Below the pieces are notes generated by a model. The model saw only the letters and a list, made by a program, of their open reading frames with translations. It was not told the origin of the DNA and did not search any database. A program made the translations under genes and the position numbers. A DNA stretch of 57,900 nucleotides from Acidobacteriota bacterium (GTDB lineage Bacteria; Acidobacteriota; Thermoanaerobaculia; Multivoradales; UBA5704). Positions 1 through 8,483 of this stretch are shown here, in pieces (position 1 is the first letter of the stretch; the number at the start of each line of letters is the position of its first letter). Location: assembly GCA_040005235.1 (NCBI GenBank), contig JBDTZG010000032.1, positions 1-57,900 on the forward strand. Direction: 5' to 3'.

Positions 1-2
1 CG

Positions 3-1070
3 ATGGAATGGAAGGACCTGTGCACGGCGGACTACACGTTCACCGTCAAGGACACGGACCAGGGCACGCAGACCTGGGTGACCCACGCGTTCCTGGTACC
101 GAAGATCTGCGCCAACCTCTCCTACGCCGGGGTGAGCGCGCCGCGCACGGTGCCGGGCAAGAGCGACGAATGCACGAGCAGCGTCGAGGTGAAGCGCTTC
201 GTACCGCCGCCGCCGAAGGTGAGCTTGAGCGTCACGCCGAGCCAGGCCGGGACGCGGGAAACCGTGGTCGCCCAGTCGGCGGTCGATTCGGTCTGTTTGA
301 AATCGTGCGAAGTGACGGTCACCAGCAACTGCGGCGGGGAAACCGACCACGCGCCTTGCGGTTCTTCGTGGGAGAAGATCTACACGCTTCCGGGCGTCTA
401 CACGTATCGGGCCACGGCCGAGGACGCGATCGGTCAGACCGGCGAGGCCGGTCCGATCTCGGTGCGGGTCCATCCGCGCTGGACGGTGCGCGGCTTCGGC
501 TCGTTCATCGATCCGAAGGACGACGTGATCAGGACCGACCGCTTCCGCACCCGGACGCTGCCCGAACGCACCGCCTGGTCGCTCGAGAAGGGCTGGGGCA
601 TCGGCGCCTCGGTCGAGCGGCGGTTCACGGAGGTCGTCGGAGTCGAAGGGGCCGTGATCCTGTCGCGCGTCGATTCGTCGTTCAAGCTCGACCTCAACAC
701 CGCCTGGGCGATCGCGAAGAAGGACGTGGGCCTGAATCTGCTCATGGTCGGGCCGAACTTCCACGTCCTGCACGAGCCCTGTAAAGCCGATCTCTACCTC
801 GGTCCGTTCCTCGGTTATGCCTTCTTTAACAGCAAGTCCTACGGCGTGCTCGGCGAGTCGCACAGCCGCGACCTCGACGACAAGCTAGGTTTCGGCGTCC
901 AGATCGGTCTCGACCTGCCGATCCACCGGGCGGCCAAGGGCATCTGGAACTTCCACACCGACCTGCGGTACCTGAATCTCTCGACCGACGTAGATCTCGG
1001 CGTGCTCGGCTCGAAGAGCGTTTCGGTCGATCCGCTGATCGCCTCGGCGGGCATCAGCTACTCGTTCTAA
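3..1070 (+). CDS. PKD/Ig-like domain plus C-terminal OmpW-like outer-membrane beta-barrel protein (probably 5'-truncated by window edge)
   Basis: PKD-like motif 'YTLPGVYTYRATAED'; C-terminal alternating beta strands ending 'DPLIASAGISYSF' (terminal Phe, BAM-type signal); no signal peptide visible, so the start is likely upstream. Confidence 0.75.
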   Translation: MEWKDLCTADYTFTVKDTDQGTQTWVTHAFLVPKICANLSYAGVSAPRTVPGKSDECTSSVEVKRFVPPPPKVSLSVTPSQAGTRETVVAQSAVDSVCLKSCEVTVTSNCGGETDHAPCGSSWEKIYTLPGVYTYRATAEDAIGQTGEAGPISVRVHPRWTVRGFGSFIDPKDDVIRTDRFRTRTLPERTAWSLEKGWGIGASVERRFTEVVGVEGAVILSRVDSSFKLDLNTAWAIAKKDVGLNLLMVGPNFHVLHEPCKADLYLGPFLGYAFFNSKSYGVLGESHSRDLDDKLGFGVQIGLDLPIHRAAKGIWNFHTDLRYLNLSTDVDLGVLGSKSVSVDPLIASAGISYSF

Positions 1071-1088
1071 GCCGTAAGCTCCAAACCT

Positions 1089-1120
1089 GCCGGGGCGGCG
1101 TTCGTATCCACCGCCCCGGC
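1089..1120. terminator. GC-rich hairpin between convergent genes
   Basis: GCCGGGGCGG...CCGCCCCGGC inverted repeat between the stops at 1070 and 1193; no strong U tract. Confidence 0.45.
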
Positions 1121-1192
1121 AGTCTCTCGCCTCCGGTTTTCAAGATCTGGCCCCAAGGCAAGGTCCCGTCGCCGCCCTTCGATCGCTCGTTG

Positions 1193-1642
1193 TTAGAACG
1201 GAATGTCGTCGTCCTCGCCGCCACCGTAGCTTGGGCCCTCATCGTAGGAAGGAACGCCGCCCGAGCTGGACCCCGTCCCCGCGGAGTGGCCGCCGTGATC
1301 CCCGTCGCCGCCGCCCTTGGTGCCGAGCATCTGAAAGTTGTCGCAGACGATCTCGGTGCGGTACTTCTTTTCGCCGCTCTGTTTGTCGTCCCAAGAACGG
1401 GTCTGCAACCGGCCCTCGAGGAAGATCTGCTTGCCCTTGGTTAGGTACTGGCCGGCGATCTCCGCCTGCTTGCCCCAAACCACGATGTTGTGCCACTCCG
1501 TCTGTTCCTGGCGCTGTCCGGCTTTGTCGCGCCAGCGACGGGTCGTGGCGAGGCTGAAGCTCGCGACCGGCTGTCCCGAAGGGGTGGAGCGCAGCTCGGG
1601 ATCGCGGCCCAGATTGCCAACCAGAATCACTTTGTTGACCAC
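1193..1642 (-). CDS. ssb: single-stranded DNA-binding protein
   Basis: '[15 protein letters not shown]', 'TEWHNIV', acidic tail 'DDDIPF'; GGAGG RBS. Confidence 0.97.
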   Translation of the reverse strand: MVNKVILVGNLGRDPELRSTPSGQPVASFSLATTRRWRDKAGQRQEQTEWHNIVVWGKQAEIAGQYLTKGKQIFLEGRLQTRSWDDKQSGEKKYRTEIVCDNFQMLGTKGGGDGDHGGHSAGTGSSSGGVPSYDEGPSYGGGEDDDIPF

Positions 1643-1789
1643 TTTCTAGCCCTCCTTTAAAGCGAGTGAGTTACGGTATCACAGGGCTCCGGGGCCTCCG
1701 TCGGCCCACTTTTGATCCCGGGAAATACCGCGGTTCGAACCCGGCGACACGGCGCCGCCGGCATTCGCTCCCCTAAAGGACGCGAAACG

Positions 1790-2227
1790 ATGCGTTTGAT
1801 CTTGCAAAGGGTGAAATCCGCTTCAGTGCGGGTCGCGGGCGAGACCGTCGGGGCGATCGACCGGGGTATTCTGGTCCTGGTCGGCGTCGAGCAGGGCGAT
1901 CGTGAGTCTCAAGTGGCGGCGGCGGTCGAAAAGCTCTCCGGCGTGCGCCTGTTCGACGACCAAGCGGGCAAGATGAACCTCGATCTGGCAAGCGTCGGGG
2001 GAGCCTTCCTGGTCGTCTCCCAATTCACGCTCGCGGGGTCGCTCGCCCGGGGAAGGCGTCCCTCCTTCGACGGCGCCGCGGCTCCCGACGAAGCGCGGCC
2101 GCGGGTCGAAGCCTTGGTGGAAGGCCTGCGCCGCCGCGGTCACCGAGTCGAGACCGGCCGATTCCGCGCCGCGATGGAAGTCGAGCTGATCAACGACGGC
2201 CCGGTGACCTTCCTGCTGGAGGTGTGA
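1790..2227 (+). CDS. dtd: D-aminoacyl-tRNA deacylase
   Basis: 'MRLILQRV', 'VSQFTL', 'GRRPSF', 'NDGPVT' signature motifs; ATG at 1790. Confidence 0.96.
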   Translation: MRLILQRVKSASVRVAGETVGAIDRGILVLVGVEQGDRESQVAAAVEKLSGVRLFDDQAGKMNLDLASVGGAFLVVSQFTLAGSLARGRRPSFDGAAAPDEARPRVEALVEGLRRRGHRVETGRFRAAMEVELINDGPVTFLLEV

Positions 2228-2283
2228 AGGAACCCTTCGGCAGCAAGCCCCTGGGCGCGCCAGGCTCCAGCCTGGCGATTTTT

Positions 2284-2570
2284 CGAGGGATCACCGATCT
2301 TGAGCCAAAATCACTCTTCCTCCCGAGGGATCACCGATTTTGAGCCAAAATCACTCTTCCTTCCCGAAGGATCACCGATTTTGGGTCAAAATCACTCTTC
2401 CCTCCCGAAGGATCACCGATTTTGAGCCAAAATCACTCTTCCTTCCCGAGGGATCACCGATTTTGGGCCAAAATCACTCTTCCTTCCCGAGGGATCACCG
2501 ACTTTGGGCCAAAATCACTCTTCCTTCCGGAAGGATCACTGATTTTGAGCCAAAATCGCTGCTCCTTCCC
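2284..2570. repeat. tandem array of 7 x 41-bp units (first unit 40 bp), each containing a palindrome
   Basis: Units start at 2284, 2324, 2365, 2406, 2447, 2488 and 2529; consensus CGA[AG]GGATCACCGATTTTG[AG]GCCAAAATCACTCTTCCTTCC; no spacers. Confidence 0.95.
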
Positions 2571-2628
2571 CCGGGATCGGTGAATTTGGCGGCGGATCGC
2601 CCCACCCTCCGCCAGGAGGGCTCCGCTG

Positions 2629-3633
2629 TCACCGCACCGGCAGAGTCAGAACGCTCATCGGCATCGGGGTGAACGACAGGATCAGAATCAAGAGCGCCAC
2701 CGCCGCGAGCACCTTGCGCCGCGTGTCGAGCGTCGTCTCTTCATCGCGGACGGGCGGGTGCTTGAGGCCGATCACCAGGGTGATAAGGGTCCACAGAATC
2801 CAGCTGGGCGACCAGAACGACAGCGCGGCGAGCGCGATCCAGAGCGGCCGTGCGAGCTGCCGCTGCAGCTTGCCGAAGGTGGCATAGAGCACGTGGCCGC
2901 CGTCCAATTGGCCGAACGGCAGCAGGTTGATCGCCGTCGCCAGCAGGCCGAACCAAGCGCCGAGGGCTGCCGGATGCAGCTCGACCACGGAGCCGGCCGG
3001 CGTCGCGCCGTGAAAGGCGTAGAGGGCGAGCTGCATCGCGAGCGGATGTCCGGGGAGGTAGAGATCGCCGCCGATCGTGGTCGAAGAGAGCGCCACGATG
3101 CGCGAATGGGCGGCGCCCCAGATCAAAACCGGAAGGAGGGCGACGAAACCGGCGATCGGACCGGAGACGCCAACGTCGAACAACTCCCGCTTGTCGGAAA
3201 GCGGCGCCCGGATGCGGATGAAAGCACCGAACGAGCCGAGCGCGATCGGGCTCGGCAGGAAGTAGGGAAGGGTGACGGGCAGGCGGTACCAGCGGCAAGC
3301 GACGTAATGCCCCAGCTCGTGGATCATCAGGATGCCGAGGGAGGTGAGCGAAAACCAAAGCCCTTGGTGGAGCAGGGCGGGGTTGCTCCAGACGGCGCGG
3401 ATCGCTCCCGGAGTGAGCAGCAGGTCGAATGGGCTCACCACGTCGGTGCGGGTCTGCAGCACGTACACCGCGCCCAGGGTGGTAGTACAGAAAAGCGAGG
3501 CCAGGAACAGCAGAAACGCCCGGCCATAGCGTAGAGGAGTAGGGACCAGCGTGGCGCCCGGAGGCGGCAGCAGCTCGATTGAAGGACGCCGAAACTCCGC
3601 GGGCGCGAGCGGCGGGCTTCCTGCCTCGTTCAA
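2629..3633 (-). CDS. site-2 protease family (peptidase M50) intramembrane metalloprotease
   Basis: HELGH zinc motif, 'NLLPFGQLDGGH', multiple TM segments; 4-nt overlap with the HU gene. Confidence 0.92.
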   Translation of the reverse strand: MNEAGSPPLAPAEFRRPSIELLPPPGATLVPTPLRYGRAFLLFLASLFCTTTLGAVYVLQTRTDVVSPFDLLLTPGAIRAVWSNPALLHQGLWFSLTSLGILMIHELGHYVACRWYRLPVTLPYFLPSPIALGSFGAFIRIRAPLSDKRELFDVGVSGPIAGFVALLPVLIWGAAHSRIVALSSTTIGGDLYLPGHPLAMQLALYAFHGATPAGSVVELHPAALGAWFGLLATAINLLPFGQLDGGHVLYATFGKLQRQLARPLWIALAALSFWSPSWILWTLITLVIGLKHPPVRDEETTLDTRRKVLAAVALLILILSFTPMPMSVLTLPVR

Positions 3634-3896
3634 AGGTTTTTGAGGTCCTTGCCGGGCTTGAAGCGCACGGTTTTGCCGGGGCTGATGGCGACCTCGACGC
3701 CGGTCTTCGGGTTGCGCCCGACCCCCTTCTTGCGGTCGCGGACCTGAAACACGCCGAATCCGCGCAGCTCGATCCGCTTGCCCTCGAACAGGGCGTTCTT
3801 CATCGCCTCAATAATCGTGTCCACGGCCTGTGCGGCTTTGACGCGTGGAACGTCCGAGGATTCGGCGATCTTCTCGACGATGTCCGACTTGATCAT
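3630..3896 (-). CDS. HU/IHF family DNA-binding protein
   Basis: 'IELRGFGVF', 'GRNPKTG', 'VRFKPGKDLK'. Confidence 0.95.
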   Translation of the reverse strand: MIKSDIVEKIAESSDVPRVKAAQAVDTIIEAMKNALFEGKRIELRGFGVFQVRDRKKGVGRNPKTGVEVAISPGKTVRFKPGKDLKNL

Positions 3897-3917
3897 CGCT
3901 GCTCCGAAGCTTGAGCG

Positions 3918-3946
3918 AGGATAACAACGGCCCCCGGGGGTGTCAA
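3918..3946 (-). promoter_or_regulatory. sigma70-type promoter for the HU/M50 operon
   Basis: Minus strand TTGACA (3946-3941), 17-nt spacer, TATCCT (3923-3918) with extended TG; 22 nt upstream of the ATG. Confidence 0.7.
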
Positions 3947-3998
3947 CGAAGTCACGGAAACAGATGCACTTGTGGCTCTCACGGTGGCCGACTCTACC

Positions 3999-5492
3999 TC
4001 ACGCGCTCTTGCCGCGTCGCTGTCTGATGCATCGTTCGAGCGCGGCGGCGAAATCTTCGCGCAGGCGATTCAGCACGTCGATGCCGAATCCGTTCCAGCT
4101 CGCATCGTCGCCGTCGGCGTAAAGCACCGCGACCAGACGGTTGCCGAGGCGGATCGGCACCATGCCGGCGCGCTGCGGGAGGGCGCCGCCCCAGGCCTTC
4201 GCCAGCTCGCGATGCGCGGGCATCGGCGGCAACGGTCCGAGGTAGAGGCTGCTACCCCGGTCGAGGTTGAGAAAGATCGACGGCTGATCGAGGCCGATCC
4301 GATATTTTCCGAACGCCTCGCGGTCGACGTTCTTGCCCATCGCGAGCCAGGCAGAGACCTGGCCGCGCGCCACCTGGAACAGTGCCGCGCGATCGAACCG
4401 GCGCACCAGGAAGGCGAGCATCAGGTGGGCCAGATCGTCGCGATCGGTCGTCGCTTCGAGCGCCCGGGAGAGCTCGTCGAGCGTGCTCGGCGGGGCGGCG
4501 GCCGGAGCCGGGGGGCCAGGCACTTCCGCCACCTTCCCCAGGTCGGCACGCTCCTCGGCGGTCAACGGAATGATCTTCGCAATCAGCGGCGGCGGAACGT
4601 GGGGGGCAGGTGCGGCAACCTTCGCAGGTTGATCGGCGACCGGGGCGGCGACCGGTGCGGCGACCGGTGCGGCAGGCCGCGGCGGGGCGGGCCGTGGCGC
4701 TTCCTGGATCGCGGCGGGCCGAGCCGGAGATTGAGCCGACGGATGGGCCGCAGAGGGGGGCGCAATCTGCGTCGTCGCTCTTGCCGGTCCCGGGGGGGGG
4801 CCGGACCCGAGCGGGCGGACCAGGGGAAAAATGTCGGTGAGGACTCTCGGAGGGGCGACCGGCAGATCGAGCAAAGGACCCCGGTTGCGCTCCGGTCCGA
4901 GGGTCGGCAGATCGGAAAAGCGGTCGAGCCCGAGCGCCGGGCGGTGCCGGTTGGGGACCGGCTCCGCCGCCGGCTTCGATTCTGCCGTTTCGCGCTCGAG
5001 CCCTTCGTTCCACAAATAGCGCGCGCGGTTCAGCCGGTCGAGCAGCAGGGTGAAGCGCGAAGGGCACTCTTCGTCGTAATAGCGCTCCAGCGCCTCGAAG
5101 ATCCGTAGCTCGGGCGCCACGTGGACCCGCACGCGCCGCCCCGAAGCGAATGCGACCTCGTCGTGGCCGGTCAGGTTGCGGGGATCGAGCATCGCGACGT
5201 CGAGCCGGTTGCCGATCAATTGAAACGGCACGGCATGGCAGCGGCGCGCCACCTTCGCGGGAAGCACGCCGCGCACCTCCTCAGGTACGGAGCGGAGCTG
5301 CTCGACCATGGCGCCCGGCAGGCCGAGCTGTTCGGCGAGCCCTTTGGCCAGCTGCTCCTCGGTCAGGACGTCCATCTCGAGCAGGCAGGTGCCCAGACGA
5401 CCGCCCACGACGCTCTGGGTCTTGAGCGCACGGGTCAGCTGCGGCAGGTTGATCCAGCCGCGCGAGATGAGGAGCTGCCCTAGCTTGGCCAC
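3999..5492 (-). CDS. MshEN/GSPII_N domain protein with Pro/Ala-rich linker and C-terminal GAF-like domain; no ATPase domain
   Basis: Tandem 'KLGQLLISRGWI...LTRALKTQ' and 'RLGTCLLEMDVL...LAKGLAEQ' motifs; 'VAMLDP'; no Walker A motif. Confidence 0.8.
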   Translation of the reverse strand: MAKLGQLLISRGWINLPQLTRALKTQSVVGGRLGTCLLEMDVLTEEQLAKGLAEQLGLPGAMVEQLRSVPEEVRGVLPAKVARRCHAVPFQLIGNRLDVAMLDPRNLTGHDEVAFASGRRVRVHVAPELRIFEALERYYDEECPSRFTLLLDRLNRARYLWNEGLERETAESKPAAEPVPNRHRPALGLDRFSDLPTLGPERNRGPLLDLPVAPPRVLTDIFPLVRPLGSGPPPGPARATTQIAPPSAAHPSAQSPARPAAIQEAPRPAPPRPAAPVAAPVAAPVADQPAKVAAPAPHVPPPLIAKIIPLTAEERADLGKVAEVPGPPAPAAAPPSTLDELSRALEATTDRDDLAHLMLAFLVRRFDRAALFQVARGQVSAWLAMGKNVDREAFGKYRIGLDQPSIFLNLDRGSSLYLGPLPPMPAHRELAKAWGGALPQRAGMVPIRLGNRLVAVLYADGDDASWNGFGIDVLNRLREDFAAALERCIRQRRGKSA

Positions 5493-5670
5493 TGCGATCC
5501 GATGCTCGACGTCGATCCTTTGGGTTCGAATGCCCCTGCGCGATTTCTCGCGCCGGTCCCGCGGAGGCCACTTAAGTCGTAGATTGCGCTTTAGTTAAGC
5601 GCAGAAGCCGAGATCATAGGGGCACCTCCGCGGCTTGGCAAGCGGCGGGGGCGCTGGTACGCTGCCGGAT

Positions 5671-7740
5671 ATGCGGCTCGCGCGGATCTTCGTCCCCTTC
5701 ATCTTTCTGTTCTGTGCCTTGGCGGTGCTCGCCGTTCCAGCGAACGCGCTGTCTGCGCGGGACGCCGGAGGCGCAGGGAGCGCTTCGTCGGCAAGCCCGC
5801 AGGCTCCCGCCCTGGGTGCCGCGGCTCCGGCGCAGGATCTCGCCGCCGCCTCGTTTCGCTTCGCGGTCGCCAAGTCGCTGGCCGCCGAAGGTTCGTGGGC
5901 CGAGGCTCTCTCCGCTTACGACGAGGCCGAATCTCTCGCCCCGAGCGATCCTTACATCCGCGCCGAGCACGCTCTGCTGTTGGCCCGACTGTCGCAGTCG
6001 CCGGTCGCTCCCGGCGCCGGCGGCGCCGAGCGGGCGAAGGCCTTGATCGATCAGGCCCGCGCCCTTTCCCCCGACGATCTCGACCTCCTGCGCACGGCGG
6101 GGCAGGTCTATCTCACGCTCGCCAGCCGCTCGCCCGAGGCGCTCGACTCCGCCGTCACGGTGCTCGAAGCGGTGCGCGCCAAGGATCCGGCGGACCTGCC
6201 GTCGCTCCTGCCGCTCGGCCGGATCTACCTCGATCGCGGCGAGGCGAAAAAAGCGGCCGACGTGTTTACCGACCTGGTCAGATTCGTGCCGAACAACCGC
6301 ATGGCCGCCGGCCTGCTGGTCGAATCGCTGCTCCGCTCGCAGCAGACCGTGGAGGCCGAACAGGTACTCGGCGATCTGCTGGAAACCGATCCCGAATCGA
6401 TCGAAGCGCGCTCGACCCTCGCCGATCTCCAGGAGCATCGGGGCGACATCGCCGCCGCCAGGAAGACCCTCGAAGGGGCGCCCGAGAGCGTGCGGGCCGA
6501 CCCGCAACTGCGGCGCCAGCTCGCTTCCACCCTCTACTTCGTGGGCGAGCTCGACGCCTCGCTCGCACTGGTCGACGAGCTGCTCCAAACTCCTGAGCCG
6601 AAAGCGGCACCCAATGCCGATCCCAGGGCTGCCGCGGCCGCCGCCGAATCGCACAGCTACCTGCTCCGGCTGCGCGGCATGATTCTAGCCGCCCTGGGGC
6701 GCACCCCGGAAGCGATCGACGTGCTTTCCAAGCTCGCCCAGGCCCAACCGGACGACCTACCGGTGGCGCTCGCCCTGGCGCGCTGTCTCGATCGAGCCGG
6801 CAAGCTCCCGGAGGCCGAAAAAACCCTGCTCACAACGGGAGACGCCCTCGCCAAAGCCGGTAAGGCGGACGAAGCGGCCGCCGCCCGTCTGGAATTGATC
6901 GGCCTGCTCGCCGACGCCAAAGCCTGGCCGCGGGTCGCCGAGGTGGCGAAGCCTTTGCTTGCTTCGACGGACAAAGAGACGCGCGATCGGGCGATCCTGT
7001 TCTCCGTCGACGCGGCGGCCGAGGTGACGGACCCGGCCGCCGGCCTCGCCCTTCTCTCGACGCTGGTCGGGGCGGACGACGCGCCGTCGCCGACCCTCGC
7101 GGCCAAGCGAGCCGAGCTGCTGTTTCGCCAAGGGCACGAGGCGGAGGGGCGCGCCGAAATCGAAAAGCTGGAGGCGGCTGGCCCCGGGTCGGCGTTTGCC
7201 GCGGCCCAGGTCTATCAACGGCTGGAGCGTTATGCCGAAGGGGTGCCGATCCTCAAGCGGCTGACCGCGGCCAAACCGGACCTCGCAGCGGGTTGGTTCC
7301 TGCTCGGCGCGGCGCTCGAGCGCACCGAGGACCACGAGGGGGCGGTCGCGGCGTTTAAAAAGGCGCTGGAGCTGGAACCGGACTTTCACTCGGCGCTCAA
7401 TTATCTCGGTTACCTCTGGGCCGATCGCGGCGAAAACCTTGACGAGGCGCGGGCGCTGATTCTCCGAGCCGTGGCGCTCGATCCGGAAAACGGCGCCTAC
7501 GTCGATTCGCTCGGCTGGGTCCGCTTCCAATTGAAGGAGTACGTCCCGGCGCGCGGCCTGCTCGAACGGGCGGCACGGCTGATGCCGAAAGACGCCTCGG
7601 TGCAGGAGCATCTGGGCGACCTTTACAAGACCACCGGCCAAGTGGCGCTAGCGCGCGACGCCTACCGGCGAGCCCTGGCGCTCGAAAGTGAAAATGCCGA
7701 TCAGGTCAAACGCAAGCTGGCCGAGCTGCCGCGGCGTTAG
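5671..7740 (+). CDS. exported TPR-repeat protein
   Basis: N-terminal signal peptide; many TPR helices; 'ALNYLGYLWAD', 'YVDSLGWV', 'EHLGDLY' typical of the TPR gene that precedes lolB. Confidence 0.88.
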   Translation: MRLARIFVPFIFLFCALAVLAVPANALSARDAGGAGSASSASPQAPALGAAAPAQDLAAASFRFAVAKSLAAEGSWAEALSAYDEAESLAPSDPYIRAEHALLLARLSQSPVAPGAGGAERAKALIDQARALSPDDLDLLRTAGQVYLTLASRSPEALDSAVTVLEAVRAKDPADLPSLLPLGRIYLDRGEAKKAADVFTDLVRFVPNNRMAAGLLVESLLRSQQTVEAEQVLGDLLETDPESIEARSTLADLQEHRGDIAAARKTLEGAPESVRADPQLRRQLASTLYFVGELDASLALVDELLQTPEPKAAPNADPRAAAAAAESHSYLLRLRGMILAALGRTPEAIDVLSKLAQAQPDDLPVALALARCLDRAGKLPEAEKTLLTTGDALAKAGKADEAAAARLELIGLLADAKAWPRVAEVAKPLLASTDKETRDRAILFSVDAAAEVTDPAAGLALLSTLVGADDAPSPTLAAKRAELLFRQGHEAEGRAEIEKLEAAGPGSAFAAAQVYQRLERYAEGVPILKRLTAAKPDLAAGWFLLGAALERTEDHEGAVAAFKKALELEPDFHSALNYLGYLWADRGENLDEARALILRAVALDPENGAYVDSLGWVRFQLKEYVPARGLLERAARLMPKDASVQEHLGDLYKTTGQVALARDAYRRALALESENADQVKRKLAELPRR

Positions 7741-8449
7741 CCGCGCCCTCGCGGGCATCCTTTTTCCTCTCCTGTGGGCCTGCGCGTCGGCCCGGCTTGC
7801 CCCGGCTCCTTCCGAGCCGGCGGGGCTCCCTTGGGAGGTTCCGGCGTCGGCGATCGGCACGCAGCACCTGTTTCGAATGTCCTACTCCGGCCCGCGCGGC
7901 GAAGGATCGTTCCGCCTCGCGCTCAAGCTCCAGGCCGCCGATCGCTATCAAGCCTCCGCCGCCGACCCGCTCGGCCGCGCGCTCTGGAGCCTCGACGTCA
8001 CGGCGGATCGCGGCCTGTTCCTCGACCACCGCGCCCGCGCCGCCTGCCTGCTCGACGGCGCGCTATCCCTCGTCGGAGCGCCGCTCGATCGCATTCGACT
8101 TGCCGACCTGCCGAAGCTCTTGCTCGGCCGCGTGCCGGTCCAGCCGCGCGAAACGCCAATTGCCGGGACCGCCGAAGAGATCGATCTGCCGGGAGCCCCG
8201 GGAGAGGTGTGGAAAGTGAGGCTCGCAGAGGGTCGGCCGGTGCGCTGGACCCTACTCCGCGCCGGAGAGCGCGCCGCCGGGTGGACGCTGGAAAAAGGCG
8301 AATCGATCCTCTCCGACCGGACCGGCGGAAAACTCCGCTGGCGCTCCTCGGTCGCCGAACCGCTCGCGGCACCCCTCGTGCCGCTCAAGGCGCCCGCCGA
8401 TTACACCTCCGGGGGCTGCGCCGCGCTCGCGTTGGGCGAGGAGAGGTAG
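7694..8449 (+). CDS. putative lipoprotein, LolB/LolA-fold-like
   Basis: Lipobox-like 'LLWAC'; 'ADPLGRALWSL' resembles the LolB 'PLG' motif; position directly after the TPR gene; start uncertain. Confidence 0.55.
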   Translation: MPIRSNASWPSCRGVSRALAGILFPLLWACASARLAPAPSEPAGLPWEVPASAIGTQHLFRMSYSGPRGEGSFRLALKLQAADRYQASAADPLGRALWSLDVTADRGLFLDHRARAACLLDGALSLVGAPLDRIRLADLPKLLLGRVPVQPRETPIAGTAEEIDLPGAPGEVWKVRLAEGRPVRWTLLRAGERAAGWTLEKGESILSDRTGGKLRWRSSVAEPLAAPLVPLKAPADYTSGGCAALALGEER

Positions 8450-8483
8450 GCGGGGGACCCCCTCCGCTTCTGCCGCCAACCCG

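Noticed and set aside
1728-1745. tRNA-like GGTTCGAACCC fragment
   Set aside because: No proper T stem, acceptor stem or anticodon arm.
2284-2570. CRISPR array
   Set aside because: The units abut with no unique spacers, and no cas genes are in the window.
2340-2672. 110-aa ORF over the repeat array
   Set aside because: It is a by-product of the 41-bp repeat cycling through frames; TTG start and no RBS.
4792-4800. G9 homopolymer as a phase-variation tract
   Set aside because: The ORF is intact and the tract encodes Pro-Pro-Pro in a Pro-rich linker; there is no evidence of switching.
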